A stretch of DNA of 64,000 nt from Spirochaetota bacterium (GCA_963664815.2 CAXXHB010000002.1:160001-224000); one strand, 5' to 3'; positions 1 through 10,307 are shown, counted from the first letter of the stretch. Numbers and translations are program-made. The notes: generated by a model not told the origin, from the letters alone.

Positions 1-1237
1 TATTGTTTTCATACATTTCAGTAATCATTCTGAATCCCAGAAACCTGAAAAACGGAGTAAATTCGCCGGTAGCCTCTCTTATAATAAGTTCGAATGAACC
101 CTCCGCTGCTTCAAACTGAAAACCCTTCTCCTCAAGATTTTTAATTTTCTCCAGAACTTTTTTAGAGAGATTAATATCACCTTCAAAATTAATGCCGAGC
201 TCTTTAGCTTTAAATTCTATATTGCTTTTGCCTGAAAGTTCTGAGATAAGCACCTTCCTCCTGTTTCCGGTAAGAGATGGATCAATATGTTCATAAGTTC
301 TTGTATCTTTCTGCAAAGCGGATACATGAATACCACCTTTATGAGCGAAGGCGTTATCTCCAACATACGGCCTGTTTTCAAAATGGGGAAGGTTTGCAAT
401 TTCACTTACAAATCTGCTGACTTCTGTAAGGTGATGAAGTACCGGGGAGGAAGTACAGTCATATCCCATTTTAAGTATAAGGTTGGGAATGAATGTGGTA
501 AGATCACAATTGCCGCATCTTTCACCGTAGCCATTAATTGTCCCCTGGATTGAAACAGCACCACCTTCAACGGAATACATAGAATTGGCAACGGCTACCC
601 CCGTATCATTATGAAAATGCCCTCCGACTGGAGTTTGAATTTTTGATGTGACTGCAGAGGTTATTTTATAAGCTTCCAGAGGGAGGGTTCCTCCATTTGT
701 ATCGCATAAAACTATCATATCGGCACCGGCTTCGCATGCTTTTTCGATACAACTGATTGAATAATCTTCATTAGCCTTGTTGCCATCAAAAAAATGTTCA
801 GCATCAAGGAAAACTTTAAATCCAAGATCTTTTAAATATGCCACAGAATCATAAATAAGCATAAGATTTTCGTCAAGCTCCATTCCCAATGCTCTGGTAA
901 CCTGGAAATCCCATGTTTTTGCCACTATTGTCAGAATTTCTGCTTTTGAATTAACAAGTGATTGCAACGTTGGATCTTCGCTGCATTTATAACCCCTTCT
1001 TCTTGTGGATCCGAAAGCAGCTATCTTTGCATTTTTGATTTCTACTTTTCTTATTTCGGAAAAAAAACTGTCATCTTTTGGATTAGATCCTGGCCAACCC
1101 CCTTCTATAAAATCTACTTTAAGCCAGTCCAATATCTTGGAAATATTTAATTTATCTTGTATTGAAAGTGAAATTCCTACAGTTTGCGATCCGTCACGAA
1201 GAGTTGTATCGTATATACTTACTGTTTTTTTAGACAT
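1..1237 (-). CDS. cimA: Citramalate synthase (DRE-TIM family), 3' end runs off window
   Basis: Not in ORF track. Manual minus-strand translation from ATG at 1237: MSKKTVSIYDTTLRDGSQTVGISLSIQDKLNISKILDWLKVDFIEGGWPGSNPKD..., followed by GKTWDFQV, LDAEHFFDG, LCDTNGG and HFHNDTG, which are typical of bacterial CimA. Confidence 0.9.
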   Translation of the reverse strand, partial: MSKKTVSIYDTTLRDGSQTVGISLSIQDKLNISKILDWLKVDFIEGGWPGSNPKDDSFFSEIRKVEIKNAKIAAFGSTRRRGYKCSEDPTLQSLVNSKAEILTIVAKTWDFQVTRALGMELDENLMLIYDSVAYLKDLGFKVFLDAEHFFDGNKANEDYSISCIEKACEAGADMIVLCDTNGGTLPLEAYKITSAVTSKIQTPVGGHFHNDTGVAVANSMYSVEGGAVSIQGTINGYGERCGNCDLTTFIPNLILKMGYDCTSSPVLHHLTEVSRFVSEIANLPHFENRPYVGDNAFAHKGGIHVSALQKDTRTYEHIDPSLTGNRRKVLISELSGKSNIEFKAKELGINFEGDINLSKKVLEKIKNLEEKGFQFEAAEGSFELIIREATGEFTPFFRFLGFRMITEMYENN

Positions 1238-1560
1238 TATTTTCCTTTATCCCGGATTTTTCGGTTATTTTATCATCCTTTTTTTAGATACATGATATTT
1301 CAAGTAATTTTTCTCAAAGAAAGTATTATCTACTTTATGTAAATTCCCGATATTTTTTACAGTATGGGAAAAGGAGTTATAAACCTTTTCTGACTTAACC
1401 AAATAAAAAGTACTCTCAAAATTATAGTTACCAGATGCTATATTAAATTGTTGACGGTGAAAGTACTGATTTATTTAGTTTATTATCTGTCCTGGATAAT
1501 TTAATTAATACGTTAAAACTTTTAGTTCCGGTTAAATGAATAAGAAAAGTGGTTCTGCCA

Positions 1561-2598
1561 ATGAATAAGAAAACCTTTATCTCTAATAAATTTAAGATGA
1601 TATTTTCAGTGAGTCTTATATTTGTCTCATGTTCCAATTCTCCAAAGGCTGTTTATGAGAGAATGCTCAACAAGTATCAAGAGGGAAAAGAGGGAAACAT
1701 TACACTAATAGCTGAAAAGTTTTTAATGGCTTTTTCCTTCAAAAATATTGAATATGACAGTCTCTTTTTTAATAAAAGTTTAATTCTTTCCATAAAGGGT
1801 AATCATATAGAGATTATGTATCCTGATAATGTCAGCATAAAAGGAGATAATAGTATTGGTAATAACATCAGTTTTGCTGATATTAACAAAAAAAATATAG
1901 TGCTTGGTAACAACAAAGGATTCTGTGTTTTTGATAAGGATGGGGATCCTCATACTGTTTATAAATCTGAAAAAAAAGAACGATTAGATGCGATTGCGCT
2001 TAGAGACAGAAATGTAATTTATTATTCTACAGGAAAGGTGTTTGAATTACCCTATGGAGAAAAGAAAGTAAAGAGAATGGATTCCGGAGAGTATTTTTCT
2101 CCGTATAAAAAATATTTCAGGTCATCAATCTTTGTTAATGACAAATATATAATTCTTTCTACCGGAATAGCCGGTTCTTACTATATAAGTGTCTTTGATG
2201 CCTTAAATGGCAGTTCTCTGATGAAAAACATTTCTGCTTCATCTTTTGAACTTAATATAAATGAAAACAATCTTACTTATGTACGGGGTGGGACCGGAAG
2301 CTGGTCAGTTGAAAAGTATGACATTCTATCCAAAAAGAGGAGCCAGGTTAAAGGAGTAGGGAAAATTGATAACATTTTTATTGCGAAAGATGGTTTTGTT
2401 ACAGTAAGCGGTAAAAAATATTTTATCGAAAGTTTCACCGGAGAAAGAGAAATTCTGCCTCAGGAATGGAATATAATAGGAATATGCAGAAACGCTGTTC
2501 TGATAGAATACGGGAAAACAGCATATATGATTGACTTCCCGCTGCTGCTTCAGAAAATTAAAGAACTAAATGAAAAAACAAAAAGCAAAACTACTTAA
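1561..2598 (+). CDS. Hypothetical lipoprotein, beta-rich (possible propeller)
   Basis: About 345-aa ORF; N-terminal hydrophobic stretch ending in a lipobox-like FVSC; alternating beta-strand pattern. Confidence 0.65.
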   Translation: MNKKTFISNKFKMIFSVSLIFVSCSNSPKAVYERMLNKYQEGKEGNITLIAEKFLMAFSFKNIEYDSLFFNKSLILSIKGNHIEIMYPDNVSIKGDNSIGNNISFADINKKNIVLGNNKGFCVFDKDGDPHTVYKSEKKERLDAIALRDRNVIYYSTGKVFELPYGEKKVKRMDSGEYFSPYKKYFRSSIFVNDKYIILSTGIAGSYYISVFDALNGSSLMKNISASSFELNINENNLTYVRGGTGSWSVEKYDILSKKRSQVKGVGKIDNIFIAKDGFVTVSGKKYFIESFTGEREILPQEWNIIGICRNAVLIEYGKTAYMIDFPLLLQKIKELNEKTKSKTT

Positions 2599-2771
2599 CG
2601 GGCTTTGCTCCATGGAATGTATGGTGCATACGTATCACTTATATCAACTCCTTCACTATAAGGGTGAGGTCTTTTAGCGACTTTTATAAAGATCAGGAGT
2701 GTGATCATTACAATCAAAGATAGAATCGCAATAATCATTATATTCATAAACTTGTTATAATTAAGATACAT
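2595..2771 (-). CDS. Small single-pass membrane protein (58 aa)
   Basis: Manual translation MYLNYNKFMNIMIIAILSLIVMITLLIFIKVAKRPHPYSEGVDISDTYAPYIPWSKAR*. Strong GGAGGT Shine-Dalgarno just upstream of ATG 2771. Its stop overlaps the convergent gene's stop. Below the ORF-track length cutoff. Confidence 0.65.
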   Translation of the reverse strand: MYLNYNKFMNIMIIAILSLIVMITLLIFIKVAKRPHPYSEGVDISDTYAPYIPWSKAR

Positions 2772-2951
2772 CTGAACCTCCGGAGATACCTCTCTCCTTA
2801 ATGAAAAGTAATAAATTTCGCTTTATTATTACCGCAGGAGCTGTTTATCTATACATTAGTTAATGTAACAAAAAAAGCTTGCATTGATCGATTATTATAT
2901 AATCTTAATATAATAAAAAGAAAGAAAAAATTTAAGGTACATAAAAAAAAG

Positions 2952-3824
2952 ATGAAAATGCTCAGAAATGACCTCTGCTGGTGCGGAAGTGGAAAAAAAT
3001 ATAAAAAATGCCATATGGAAACAGACGCTTTGGGTGAAATTCCATCTGTAAATAACCTCAAACCGCCCAGAGGGATTAAAATTAAGACACCGAAAGAAAT
3101 TGCCGGTATTACACGGTGCTGCAGGCTTACTGCAGAAGTCCTTGATATGGTTGCAGGAAAAATTAAAGAGGGGGTTTCCACTGACGAAATAAATACCTGG
3201 GTCCATGATTATACAATAAGCAGAGGGGCTATTCCTGCTCCGCTCGGGTACAATGGCTTTCCAAAAAGTGTATGCACTTCCCTGAACAATGTTATATGTC
3301 ACGGTATCCCGGACAGTACAATCATAAAGCATGGAGATATAATAAATATTGATGTTACCTGCATTCTGGACGGTTACTATGGAGATGCGAGCAGAATGTT
3401 TATGATAGGAGAGGTATCACCTGAAGCATCCAAACTGGTCAGAGTTTCTAAAGAGTGTCTCGATCTGGCCATTGATCAGGTTAGACCATTAAACGATTTC
3501 GGGAAAATAGGTGAGGTTATTCAGAAACATGCTGAAAATAACGGTTTTTCTGTAGTCCGGGATTATGGCGGTCATGGTATAGGAATTAAATTTCACGAGG
3601 AGCCTCATGTGCATCACTATAATGTCGGGAACAGGGGTTTACCGATGTTTCCAGGGATGATTTTTACCATTGAACCTATGATAAATGCAGGGAAATATCA
3701 GACAAAACTTTTAAAAGATGACTGGACAGCTGTTACCATAGATGGTTCACTTTCGTCGCAATGGGAGCATACAGTTCTTGTAACAGAAAATAGTGTGGAA
3801 GTACTAACTGTCAATTCTAAATAA
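2952..3824 (+). CDS. map: Type I methionine aminopeptidase with N-terminal SEC-C zinc motif
   Basis: RNDLCWCGSGKKYKKCH (SEC-C); SVCTSLNNVICHGIP, DIINIDVT, GHGIG, HEEP, FTIEPMIN and QWEHT motifs. Confidence 0.95.
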   Translation: MKMLRNDLCWCGSGKKYKKCHMETDALGEIPSVNNLKPPRGIKIKTPKEIAGITRCCRLTAEVLDMVAGKIKEGVSTDEINTWVHDYTISRGAIPAPLGYNGFPKSVCTSLNNVICHGIPDSTIIKHGDIINIDVTCILDGYYGDASRMFMIGEVSPEASKLVRVSKECLDLAIDQVRPLNDFGKIGEVIQKHAENNGFSVVRDYGGHGIGIKFHEEPHVHHYNVGNRGLPMFPGMIFTIEPMINAGKYQTKLLKDDWTAVTIDGSLSSQWEHTVLVTENSVEVLTVNSK

Positions 3825-4013
3825 TAAACAGTAACCATTTGTGCTAATGATTAAAAATATAAATCCTGCTTTTTTACTTGATGCTTCAATTAAATCGAAT
3901 CATTCAGGAAAAAATTTCTTAAGAACGTATATTTACAGGATAATCAACAGATAAAAAATAAAAAGGACTGAAAAAATGAGAGGTTCAAGCATCAATAATT
4001 CCGGAAGCTGGTA

Positions 4014-4940
4014 ATGAAACTTATATTTATCAATGTAATAATATACCTGCTTCAAAGTATAAACATGCAAAACATGGTCTCTTACGAGATTCCTGTAGGG
4101 AGCCAACTACTTGTTAATCAGACTCAATCCATGACCTACTATTTTGGACTCATTCCGGCACTGGTTCTTTCCAAATATTATGTATGGCAGCTTGGCTCTT
4201 ACATGTTTCTTCATGGAGGATTTTTTCATATATTTCTCAATATGTATGCCCTGATGCTCTTTGGTATTCCTGTTGAACAGTTATGGGGATCAAAAAAATT
4301 TCTTGCATATTATTTTTTTACAGGTATCGGAGCAGGAATAACTATATTTGTCATAAACCTTTTTATGGGGGGAGCGGGTGCTTTTATCCCGACAATTGGA
4401 GCTTCAGGAGCAGTCTTTGGTCTTCTTTTAGCCTTCGGGGTACTTTTCCCTGATGTTGAACTCCTGATATTTTTCTTCATTCCAATGAAAGCAAAATTTC
4501 TTGTAATACTTTATGGTGGAATCGAGCTTATGGCTCTTATTTCTTCAGGAAGCAACAGCAATGTTTCACACGTGGGTCACCTTGGGGGAATATTATTCGG
4601 CTTAGTTTTTTTTCTTGTTTCAAGAAGAAACGGGATAAAATTTTCAGCAAAACAAATAAAAGCAAAAATGGGAAAAGAAATTAAAGAGCGTGATAAAATT
4701 CTTAATCTGAATTCTGAACCATCTGTCGAAAAGCTTGCCGCTATTTTTGAAAAGCTTAAACATGGGGGTTCTGAAGCAATTAGTGACGATGAATATCAGT
4801 TTATCAAACTAGCTGATATTCTTTTTATAAAAAACCCTGAAATCTGTGCGGCTGAAGATTTTAACATAAATGATGAACATTGTAAAAAGTGTGAAACCAT
4901 TGAAGCCTGCATGATGCGTGAAATTAAAAAATATTTATGA
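4014..4940 (+). CDS. Rhomboid-family intramembrane serine protease with C-terminal extension
   Basis: WQLGSYMFLHGGFFHIFLNM, catalytic GASG, and SHVGHLGG. Confidence 0.92.
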   Translation: MKLIFINVIIYLLQSINMQNMVSYEIPVGSQLLVNQTQSMTYYFGLIPALVLSKYYVWQLGSYMFLHGGFFHIFLNMYALMLFGIPVEQLWGSKKFLAYYFFTGIGAGITIFVINLFMGGAGAFIPTIGASGAVFGLLLAFGVLFPDVELLIFFFIPMKAKFLVILYGGIELMALISSGSNSNVSHVGHLGGILFGLVFFLVSRRNGIKFSAKQIKAKMGKEIKERDKILNLNSEPSVEKLAAIFEKLKHGGSEAISDDEYQFIKLADILFIKNPEICAAEDFNINDEHCKKCETIEACMMREIKKYL

Positions 4941-5371
4941 TAAATATAAAAATTCAACGGCTTGAAGGAGCTTCTGTACCTGTATATCAGAGTAAAGGTT
5001 CTGCCGGAGCCGATCTTTGTGCGATGATTAAGGAACCTGTAACTCTTTCACCAGGAAAGACAAAACTTATCCCGACAGGAATTTTCATTGAGATTCCGGA
5101 AGGTTATGAAGGCCAGATCCGCCCAAGAAGCGGGCTGTCACTTAAACACGGAATAACTTTTCTGAACTCTCCAGGCACAATAGATTCCGATTACAGAGGT
5201 GAGATTAAAATTATTATGACAAACTTCGGGGAAGAAGATTTTGTAATAAAAAATGGAATGAGAATAGGACAGATAGTGTTTGCCAGGGTTTTCCGGGGTG
5301 AATTTATTGAAGTGAATGAACTTGTCAGAACAGACAGAGACGAAGGAGGTTTCGGACATTCCGGAATATGA
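4937..5371 (+). CDS. dut: dUTP diphosphatase
   Basis: SAGADL, RPRSGL, NSPGTIDSDYRGEI and RDEGGFGHSG motifs. Confidence 0.97.
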   Translation: MINIKIQRLEGASVPVYQSKGSAGADLCAMIKEPVTLSPGKTKLIPTGIFIEIPEGYEGQIRPRSGLSLKHGITFLNSPGTIDSDYRGEIKIIMTNFGEEDFVIKNGMRIGQIVFARVFRGEFIEVNELVRTDRDEGGFGHSGI

Positions 5372-7035
5372 AAGAAAATAATTCAAAGGATTTAAACAAG
5401 GTAAATATTATACCATTGGGTGGCCTCGGAGCAATAGGCAAAAACATCACGTTATTCTCTCAGAATGATGAAATAATTATAGTCGATTGCGGAATAATGT
5501 TTCCAAGAGATGAAATGCCCGGGATTGATTATATCATTCCCGATTTCACATATATCAAACATAACAGATCAAAGGTAAAAGCTATCGTTGTTACTCACGG
5601 ACATGAAGACCACATTGGTGCAATAGCATTTTTGCTCCAGGAGGTACGGGTCCCAATTTATGCAACAAAACTTACCATTGGGCTTATACAGAGCAGGCTA
5701 GAGGAAAAACCGCTTCCTTATACTCCTCAGTTTATTGAAGTGGTTCCACGACAGGTTGAAAATATCGGAAGTTTTACCATAGAGTTTATCGGAGTCAATC
5801 ACTCAATTATCGGAGGTGTAGGTCTTGCAATACAGACAGTAGCCGGTACAATAATACATACAGGGGATTTTAAAATAGACTTTTCTCCTGTAGAGGGAGA
5901 TGTAACAGATATATACAGATTTGCCCACTATGGAGAAAAGGGCGTTTTGCTGCTCATGTCCGACAGTACTAATGCCGAGAAAGAGGGTTTCACCAAATCT
6001 GAATCGGCAATACTCGGCACACTTTCAGATATATTCTCCGACTCAAAAGGAAGAATTATAGTTGCATCTTTTGCTTCAAACCTTCAGCGGATTCAGCAGG
6101 TTTTTGACACTGCACAGAAATTCAACAGAAAGGTTGTAATATCCGGGCTCTCCATGCAAAAAAACATAGAAATAGCCAACTCCCTTGGGTTTCTCGAAAT
6201 AAAAGAAGACCTCATAATAAAAATTGAAGACGCCAATAAATATCCGAACAAAAAAATTGTAATAATCGGAACTGGTACTCAGGGAGAACCAATGTCTGCA
6301 CTTGCAAGAATGGCTTTTGGTACACACCGTCATTTTATTGTTGAGAAAGGGGATACAGTAATTATAACAGCTTCGGTAATTCCCGGCAACGAAAGAATGG
6401 TAACTAATATAGTTAACTCTCTGATGGAAATAGGAGCTAATGTCTATTATGATAAAGATGAAAATATTCATGTTTCGGGACATGGTTCTTCCAAAGAACT
6501 TAAACTGATGATTGCTGTTACAAAACCGAAATTCTTTATGCCGATACATGGTGAATTCAAGCAGTTGAAGAAACATGCAGATATGGCTGAAATTTTAAAA
6601 ATCAAAACCTCTCACATAATAATTGCCAAGAACGGCGATGTACTTGAGCTGACCAAGAAAACTTTCAAGAAAACGGGGAAAATTTCACTTCTTGAAATGT
6701 ATGTTGATGGAGCCGAGATTGGTGATGTCGCGAGTGATGTAATCAAGGAGAGGCACCTGATGTCAACAGATGGTATATTTTACTCATCTATGGTGATCTC
6801 ACAGGGAATGCTTTTAAGCAGACCTGAAATTGTAACTAAAGGTTTTATCAGCAATGAAAATACAAAAATTTACACATTGCTTCAAAATGATATTGAAGAG
6901 AAACTGAAAAGAATGCTTAGAGAAAGAAAGAGTGATACCGAAATTGAAGAATTTCTTAAAAAAAGCCTGAAAAATTATATTTACAAGCTTACTAAAAGAA
7001 ATCCTATAATTGTTATTAAAGTAATAGAGGTTTAA
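5368..7035 (+). CDS. rnj: Ribonuclease J
   Basis: PLGGLGAIGKN, THGHEDHIG, HTGDFKID, GTQGEPMSAL, HVSGHG and PIHGE (metallo-beta-lactamase/beta-CASP). Confidence 0.95.
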   Translation: MKENNSKDLNKVNIIPLGGLGAIGKNITLFSQNDEIIIVDCGIMFPRDEMPGIDYIIPDFTYIKHNRSKVKAIVVTHGHEDHIGAIAFLLQEVRVPIYATKLTIGLIQSRLEEKPLPYTPQFIEVVPRQVENIGSFTIEFIGVNHSIIGGVGLAIQTVAGTIIHTGDFKIDFSPVEGDVTDIYRFAHYGEKGVLLLMSDSTNAEKEGFTKSESAILGTLSDIFSDSKGRIIVASFASNLQRIQQVFDTAQKFNRKVVISGLSMQKNIEIANSLGFLEIKEDLIIKIEDANKYPNKKIVIIGTGTQGEPMSALARMAFGTHRHFIVEKGDTVIITASVIPGNERMVTNIVNSLMEIGANVYYDKDENIHVSGHGSSKELKLMIAVTKPKFFMPIHGEFKQLKKHADMAEILKIKTSHIIIAKNGDVLELTKKTFKKTGKISLLEMYVDGAEIGDVASDVIKERHLMSTDGIFYSSMVISQGMLLSRPEIVTKGFISNENTKIYTLLQNDIEEKLKRMLRERKSDTEIEEFLKKSLKNYIYKLTKRNPIIVIKVIEV

Positions 7036-7037
7036 AT

Positions 7038-7391
7038 AATTATTCATTTACTGCTGTAATTATATTCGTTTTGTTCCAGGGATTTGCAGAATTTCTTTCT
7101 ATATAATCTTCTGAGTTCCTGGCTCTTCGGTAACAGTATAGTGTTATGAAGAGTTTAATGAATGCTACTGATGAGAAGAATAATCTTTTAATTACTGTTT
7201 TTCTCACCAGGATGTATATACCTGCTGCATCTGCCCCTACGGAGTTTAATTTTCTTATTATTAATGGATTTATACTTATTACCGCTAATAAAATCCCCGG
7301 TAAAAACCGAACATTAGAAGAGGCAGAATTTTAAAATTGATACTTAAAGGTTGCAGTTGGTATTACAGGTTTGATAGTTAAGCTTCTTTAA
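7038..7391 (+). pseudogene. uppP: Decayed undecaprenyl-diphosphatase (uppP/bacA) remnant
   Basis: The frame starting at 7050 reads TAVIIFVLFQGFAEFLSI*SSEFLALR*, matching the UppP signature QGLTEFLPISSSGHL. It has in-frame stops (7104, 7131, 7332, 7338) and no start codon, and spans about 118 codons versus about 270 for UppP. It ends with the UppP-like tail VAVGITGLIVKLL*. Confidence 0.7.
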
Positions 7392-7439
7392 ATAAAAATT
7401 GAATAAAAGAAACTTAACAATAAAACTGCGGAGGGAGCA

Positions 7440-10049
7440 GTGTTTAAGGATAAAAGATATAGAGAAATATCAGGGGTTCTTCTATTCCTTGCGGGCATCA
7501 TTTTTTTCCTTGGTATTGTAAGCTATGTTCAAACAGATTACAGGGCTCTTATATACAACAGACCTGTATCAAATCTTATAGGACCAATTGGTGCTCTTCT
7601 GGGTCATATATTCAGATCAGCATTTGGACTGGCTTCTTATTTCTTTATCATCATGCTTTTTCTTTCAGGATTGTCTGTATTTAAAAATGGAGAAGTCTCG
7701 TCAATCACGGATAAACTTTTTGCCCTGTTTTTTCTTACAATCAGTTTCTCTTCACTTCTTGCAATCTGGAATACAGATTTCTATCAAAATGGTGGTGGAT
7801 TCATCGGCTATTACATATATCATTTTTTCAAGTCTACAGCGGGCTTTGTGGGTTCATGTCTTGTAATTATTATCATGAATCTTATAGGTCTTATTCTCCT
7901 CGGTACAGTTTCCCTTACAACATTTTTTGAAAACGGTGGAATATCGGCAGGAGAGGAAAAACTGAAAAAGTTTTTTAACTTAATATCTGTTAAAAAATTC
8001 GAAGGTGAACAGATTCCTCCTGATAGTACCGGAAATGGACAGAATCCGGGGAAAAAAGTTCCATGGATTACACGAAAACGAATTGTTATTGGGAGAAAAG
8101 ATGAAGTCAATGAAAATTCAGTAAAATATTTAGGAATGAATGTCTCCGCAGCCGTAAGCGAACCGATCTTTAACTCCGGCTCCGGTGATGATAAAATTAA
8201 AAGTATACTCCTGAAAAATGAAATAAATCATGAAAACAGATTGTTGAAAGAAGACGATTTCGGATTGGATGATGAAACAGGATTAAGTGAGGATGAAGAA
8301 TCATATAATGATTCACCCAGAGACCCGATTTATAATTATTCCTCCAGGGAAAACATAAAAATTTCATCAAAGATTGAACCTGATGTTACAGAAAAATATT
8401 ACGACGAACAAAAGTCTGAAGAACTTAGTGATGATTATGAAAAAAAACCGGAAATCAAAGATGTCCGGAAGAACTCCATTGATGAATTCTCTTTGAAGAA
8501 AAACAGGATATTTGAAATTGATAAAGATATCCCTGAGCCAGCGGATGAACCAGTTTCTGAACATGCTGTTGAGGAAAAAAAACAAAACGAAAAAAATTTT
8601 TTTGATCCAGATCAGATTGTAACAGAGGAACAGGTATTTAAACAGCTTAAAATAAACAAAGAGTATATAATACCGACATCCTTCTTATATAATTCAGACC
8701 CTATAGATTCTGAGACATGGGAGATCGAAATAAAAAAGAATTCCCAGCTTCTTGTCCGTACACTCGCTGACTTTGGAATTGAATCCAGAGTAATAAATGT
8801 TAACAGAGGTCCTGTAATTACATTATATGAAATGCAGATTGCTGCAGGCATTAAAATTACCCGTGTTGTCGGACTTGCAGATGATATAGCAATGGCTCTT
8901 GCAGCTTACAGAGTGAGAATTGTGGCGCCGATTCCGGGAAAATCTGCCATCGGTGTAGAGCTTCCAAACAGAAAGAGGGAGATGGTTACACTTGGTGATA
9001 TTATTAAATCGAAATCGTACCAGGAACAGAAAGGGAGCCTCAAGGTTGCATTAGGTAAAGATGTTCTTGGTTTTCCTGTAATGCTAGATTTAAAGAAACA
9101 GCCGCATTTGCTTATTGCCGGTGCTACCGGTGCCGGAAAATCGGTATGTGTAAATTCTATTATTACAAGTATTGTATATAATTATGATCCAAACTATGTA
9201 AGGTTTATTCTTGTTGATCCGAAAATGGTTGAACTTCAGTTTTATAATGGAACACCTCATCTTCTTACACCGGTAATTACTGAACCTCATCTTGCTCCTG
9301 CAGTTTTGAAGTGGTCAATATTTGAAATGGAAAGAAGATACAGACTTCTTGCTGCAATGAATACAAGAGATATCATTTCATATAACGACAAGATTGCGAA
9401 AGACAGAAAGGGTGGCGAAAAGATTCCGTTTATTATAATAATTATTGATGAACTTGCAGATCTCATGATGGTTGCCTCAAAAGATATAGAAGGCTATATT
9501 ACACGTATAGCCCAGAAAGCGAGGGCCGTTGGTATACACCTTGTTCTTGCCACACAGAGGCCATCTGTCGATGTTATTACAGGGATTATAAAAGCAAACT
9601 TTCCGGCACGAATAGCTTTCCAGGTGGCACAGAAGACAGACTCAAGAACCATCATAGATCAGAATGGAGCGGAAAAACTTCTGGGTAAAGGGGATATGCT
9701 TTATCAGTCTCCAATGAGTTCATATCCCGTAAGAATTCAGGGAGCATTTATTTCTGAAGATGAAATAATGGAAATTGTCACACATCTTAGAACACTTGGT
9801 TCACCTGATTATATAGACTTTGAAGCATCCCTTTTCCAGGATGAAGATGGCGAGATTAATGATGAGAATGATGAGCTATTTGTTGAAGCATTGAAAATTA
9901 TTGAGGAAACAAGGAAAGCTTCTGCGTCTTACCTACAGAGAAGATTAAGTATAGGTTACAACAGAGCAGCACGTATGATTGAAAAAATGGAAGAACTTGG
10001 CTACATCGGCCCCCAGCAGGGGAGCAAGCCGAGAGATATTTTCATATAA
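7440..10049 (+). CDS. ftsK: DNA translocase FtsK
   Basis: N-terminal 4TM region, acidic linker, PHLLIAGATGAGKS (Walker A), IIIDELADLM, ATQRPSVDVITG, and gamma domain SYLQRRLSIGYNRAARM. Confidence 0.97.
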   Translation: MFKDKRYREISGVLLFLAGIIFFLGIVSYVQTDYRALIYNRPVSNLIGPIGALLGHIFRSAFGLASYFFIIMLFLSGLSVFKNGEVSSITDKLFALFFLTISFSSLLAIWNTDFYQNGGGFIGYYIYHFFKSTAGFVGSCLVIIIMNLIGLILLGTVSLTTFFENGGISAGEEKLKKFFNLISVKKFEGEQIPPDSTGNGQNPGKKVPWITRKRIVIGRKDEVNENSVKYLGMNVSAAVSEPIFNSGSGDDKIKSILLKNEINHENRLLKEDDFGLDDETGLSEDEESYNDSPRDPIYNYSSRENIKISSKIEPDVTEKYYDEQKSEELSDDYEKKPEIKDVRKNSIDEFSLKKNRIFEIDKDIPEPADEPVSEHAVEEKKQNEKNFFDPDQIVTEEQVFKQLKINKEYIIPTSFLYNSDPIDSETWEIEIKKNSQLLVRTLADFGIESRVINVNRGPVITLYEMQIAAGIKITRVVGLADDIAMALAAYRVRIVAPIPGKSAIGVELPNRKREMVTLGDIIKSKSYQEQKGSLKVALGKDVLGFPVMLDLKKQPHLLIAGATGAGKSVCVNSIITSIVYNYDPNYVRFILVDPKMVELQFYNGTPHLLTPVITEPHLAPAVLKWSIFEMERRYRLLAAMNTRDIISYNDKIAKDRKGGEKIPFIIIIIDELADLMMVASKDIEGYITRIAQKARAVGIHLVLATQRPSVDVITGIIKANFPARIAFQVAQKTDSRTIIDQNGAEKLLGKGDMLYQSPMSSYPVRIQGAFISEDEIMEIVTHLRTLGSPDYIDFEASLFQDEDGEINDENDELFVEALKIIEETRKASASYLQRRLSIGYNRAARMIEKMEELGYIGPQQGSKPRDIFI

Positions 10050-10307
10050 ACCATAAGCAGATCCAGTGGTTTGAATACTGAACAGGTAAATCTCTTGAAA
10101 CTCACATCATTCTGATTAATCATTACATTATCCGGTTAAATTGAAGCCGTAACTTCACCCCTGTCACCATAAATGAAATACTCGGTCACATCAGATATTC
10201 CAGTGTCTTTTCCTGTGTCAGGCTAAAAGTGTATTCAGATATTTATTCATTTTTAATATTTGATCTGAATAGAAATGGATTATTTTATATAGAAAACAGT
10301 AAGATCT

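Noticed and set aside
217-1295. Short ORFs in the track at 217-1295 and at 63426-63991
   Set aside because: Shadows of cimA and the 3-hydroxyacyl-CoA dehydrogenase, which the track missed because they run off the window edges.
2952-3824. SEC-C fusion on methionine aminopeptidase as a novelty
   Set aside because: Known architecture in many bacteria.
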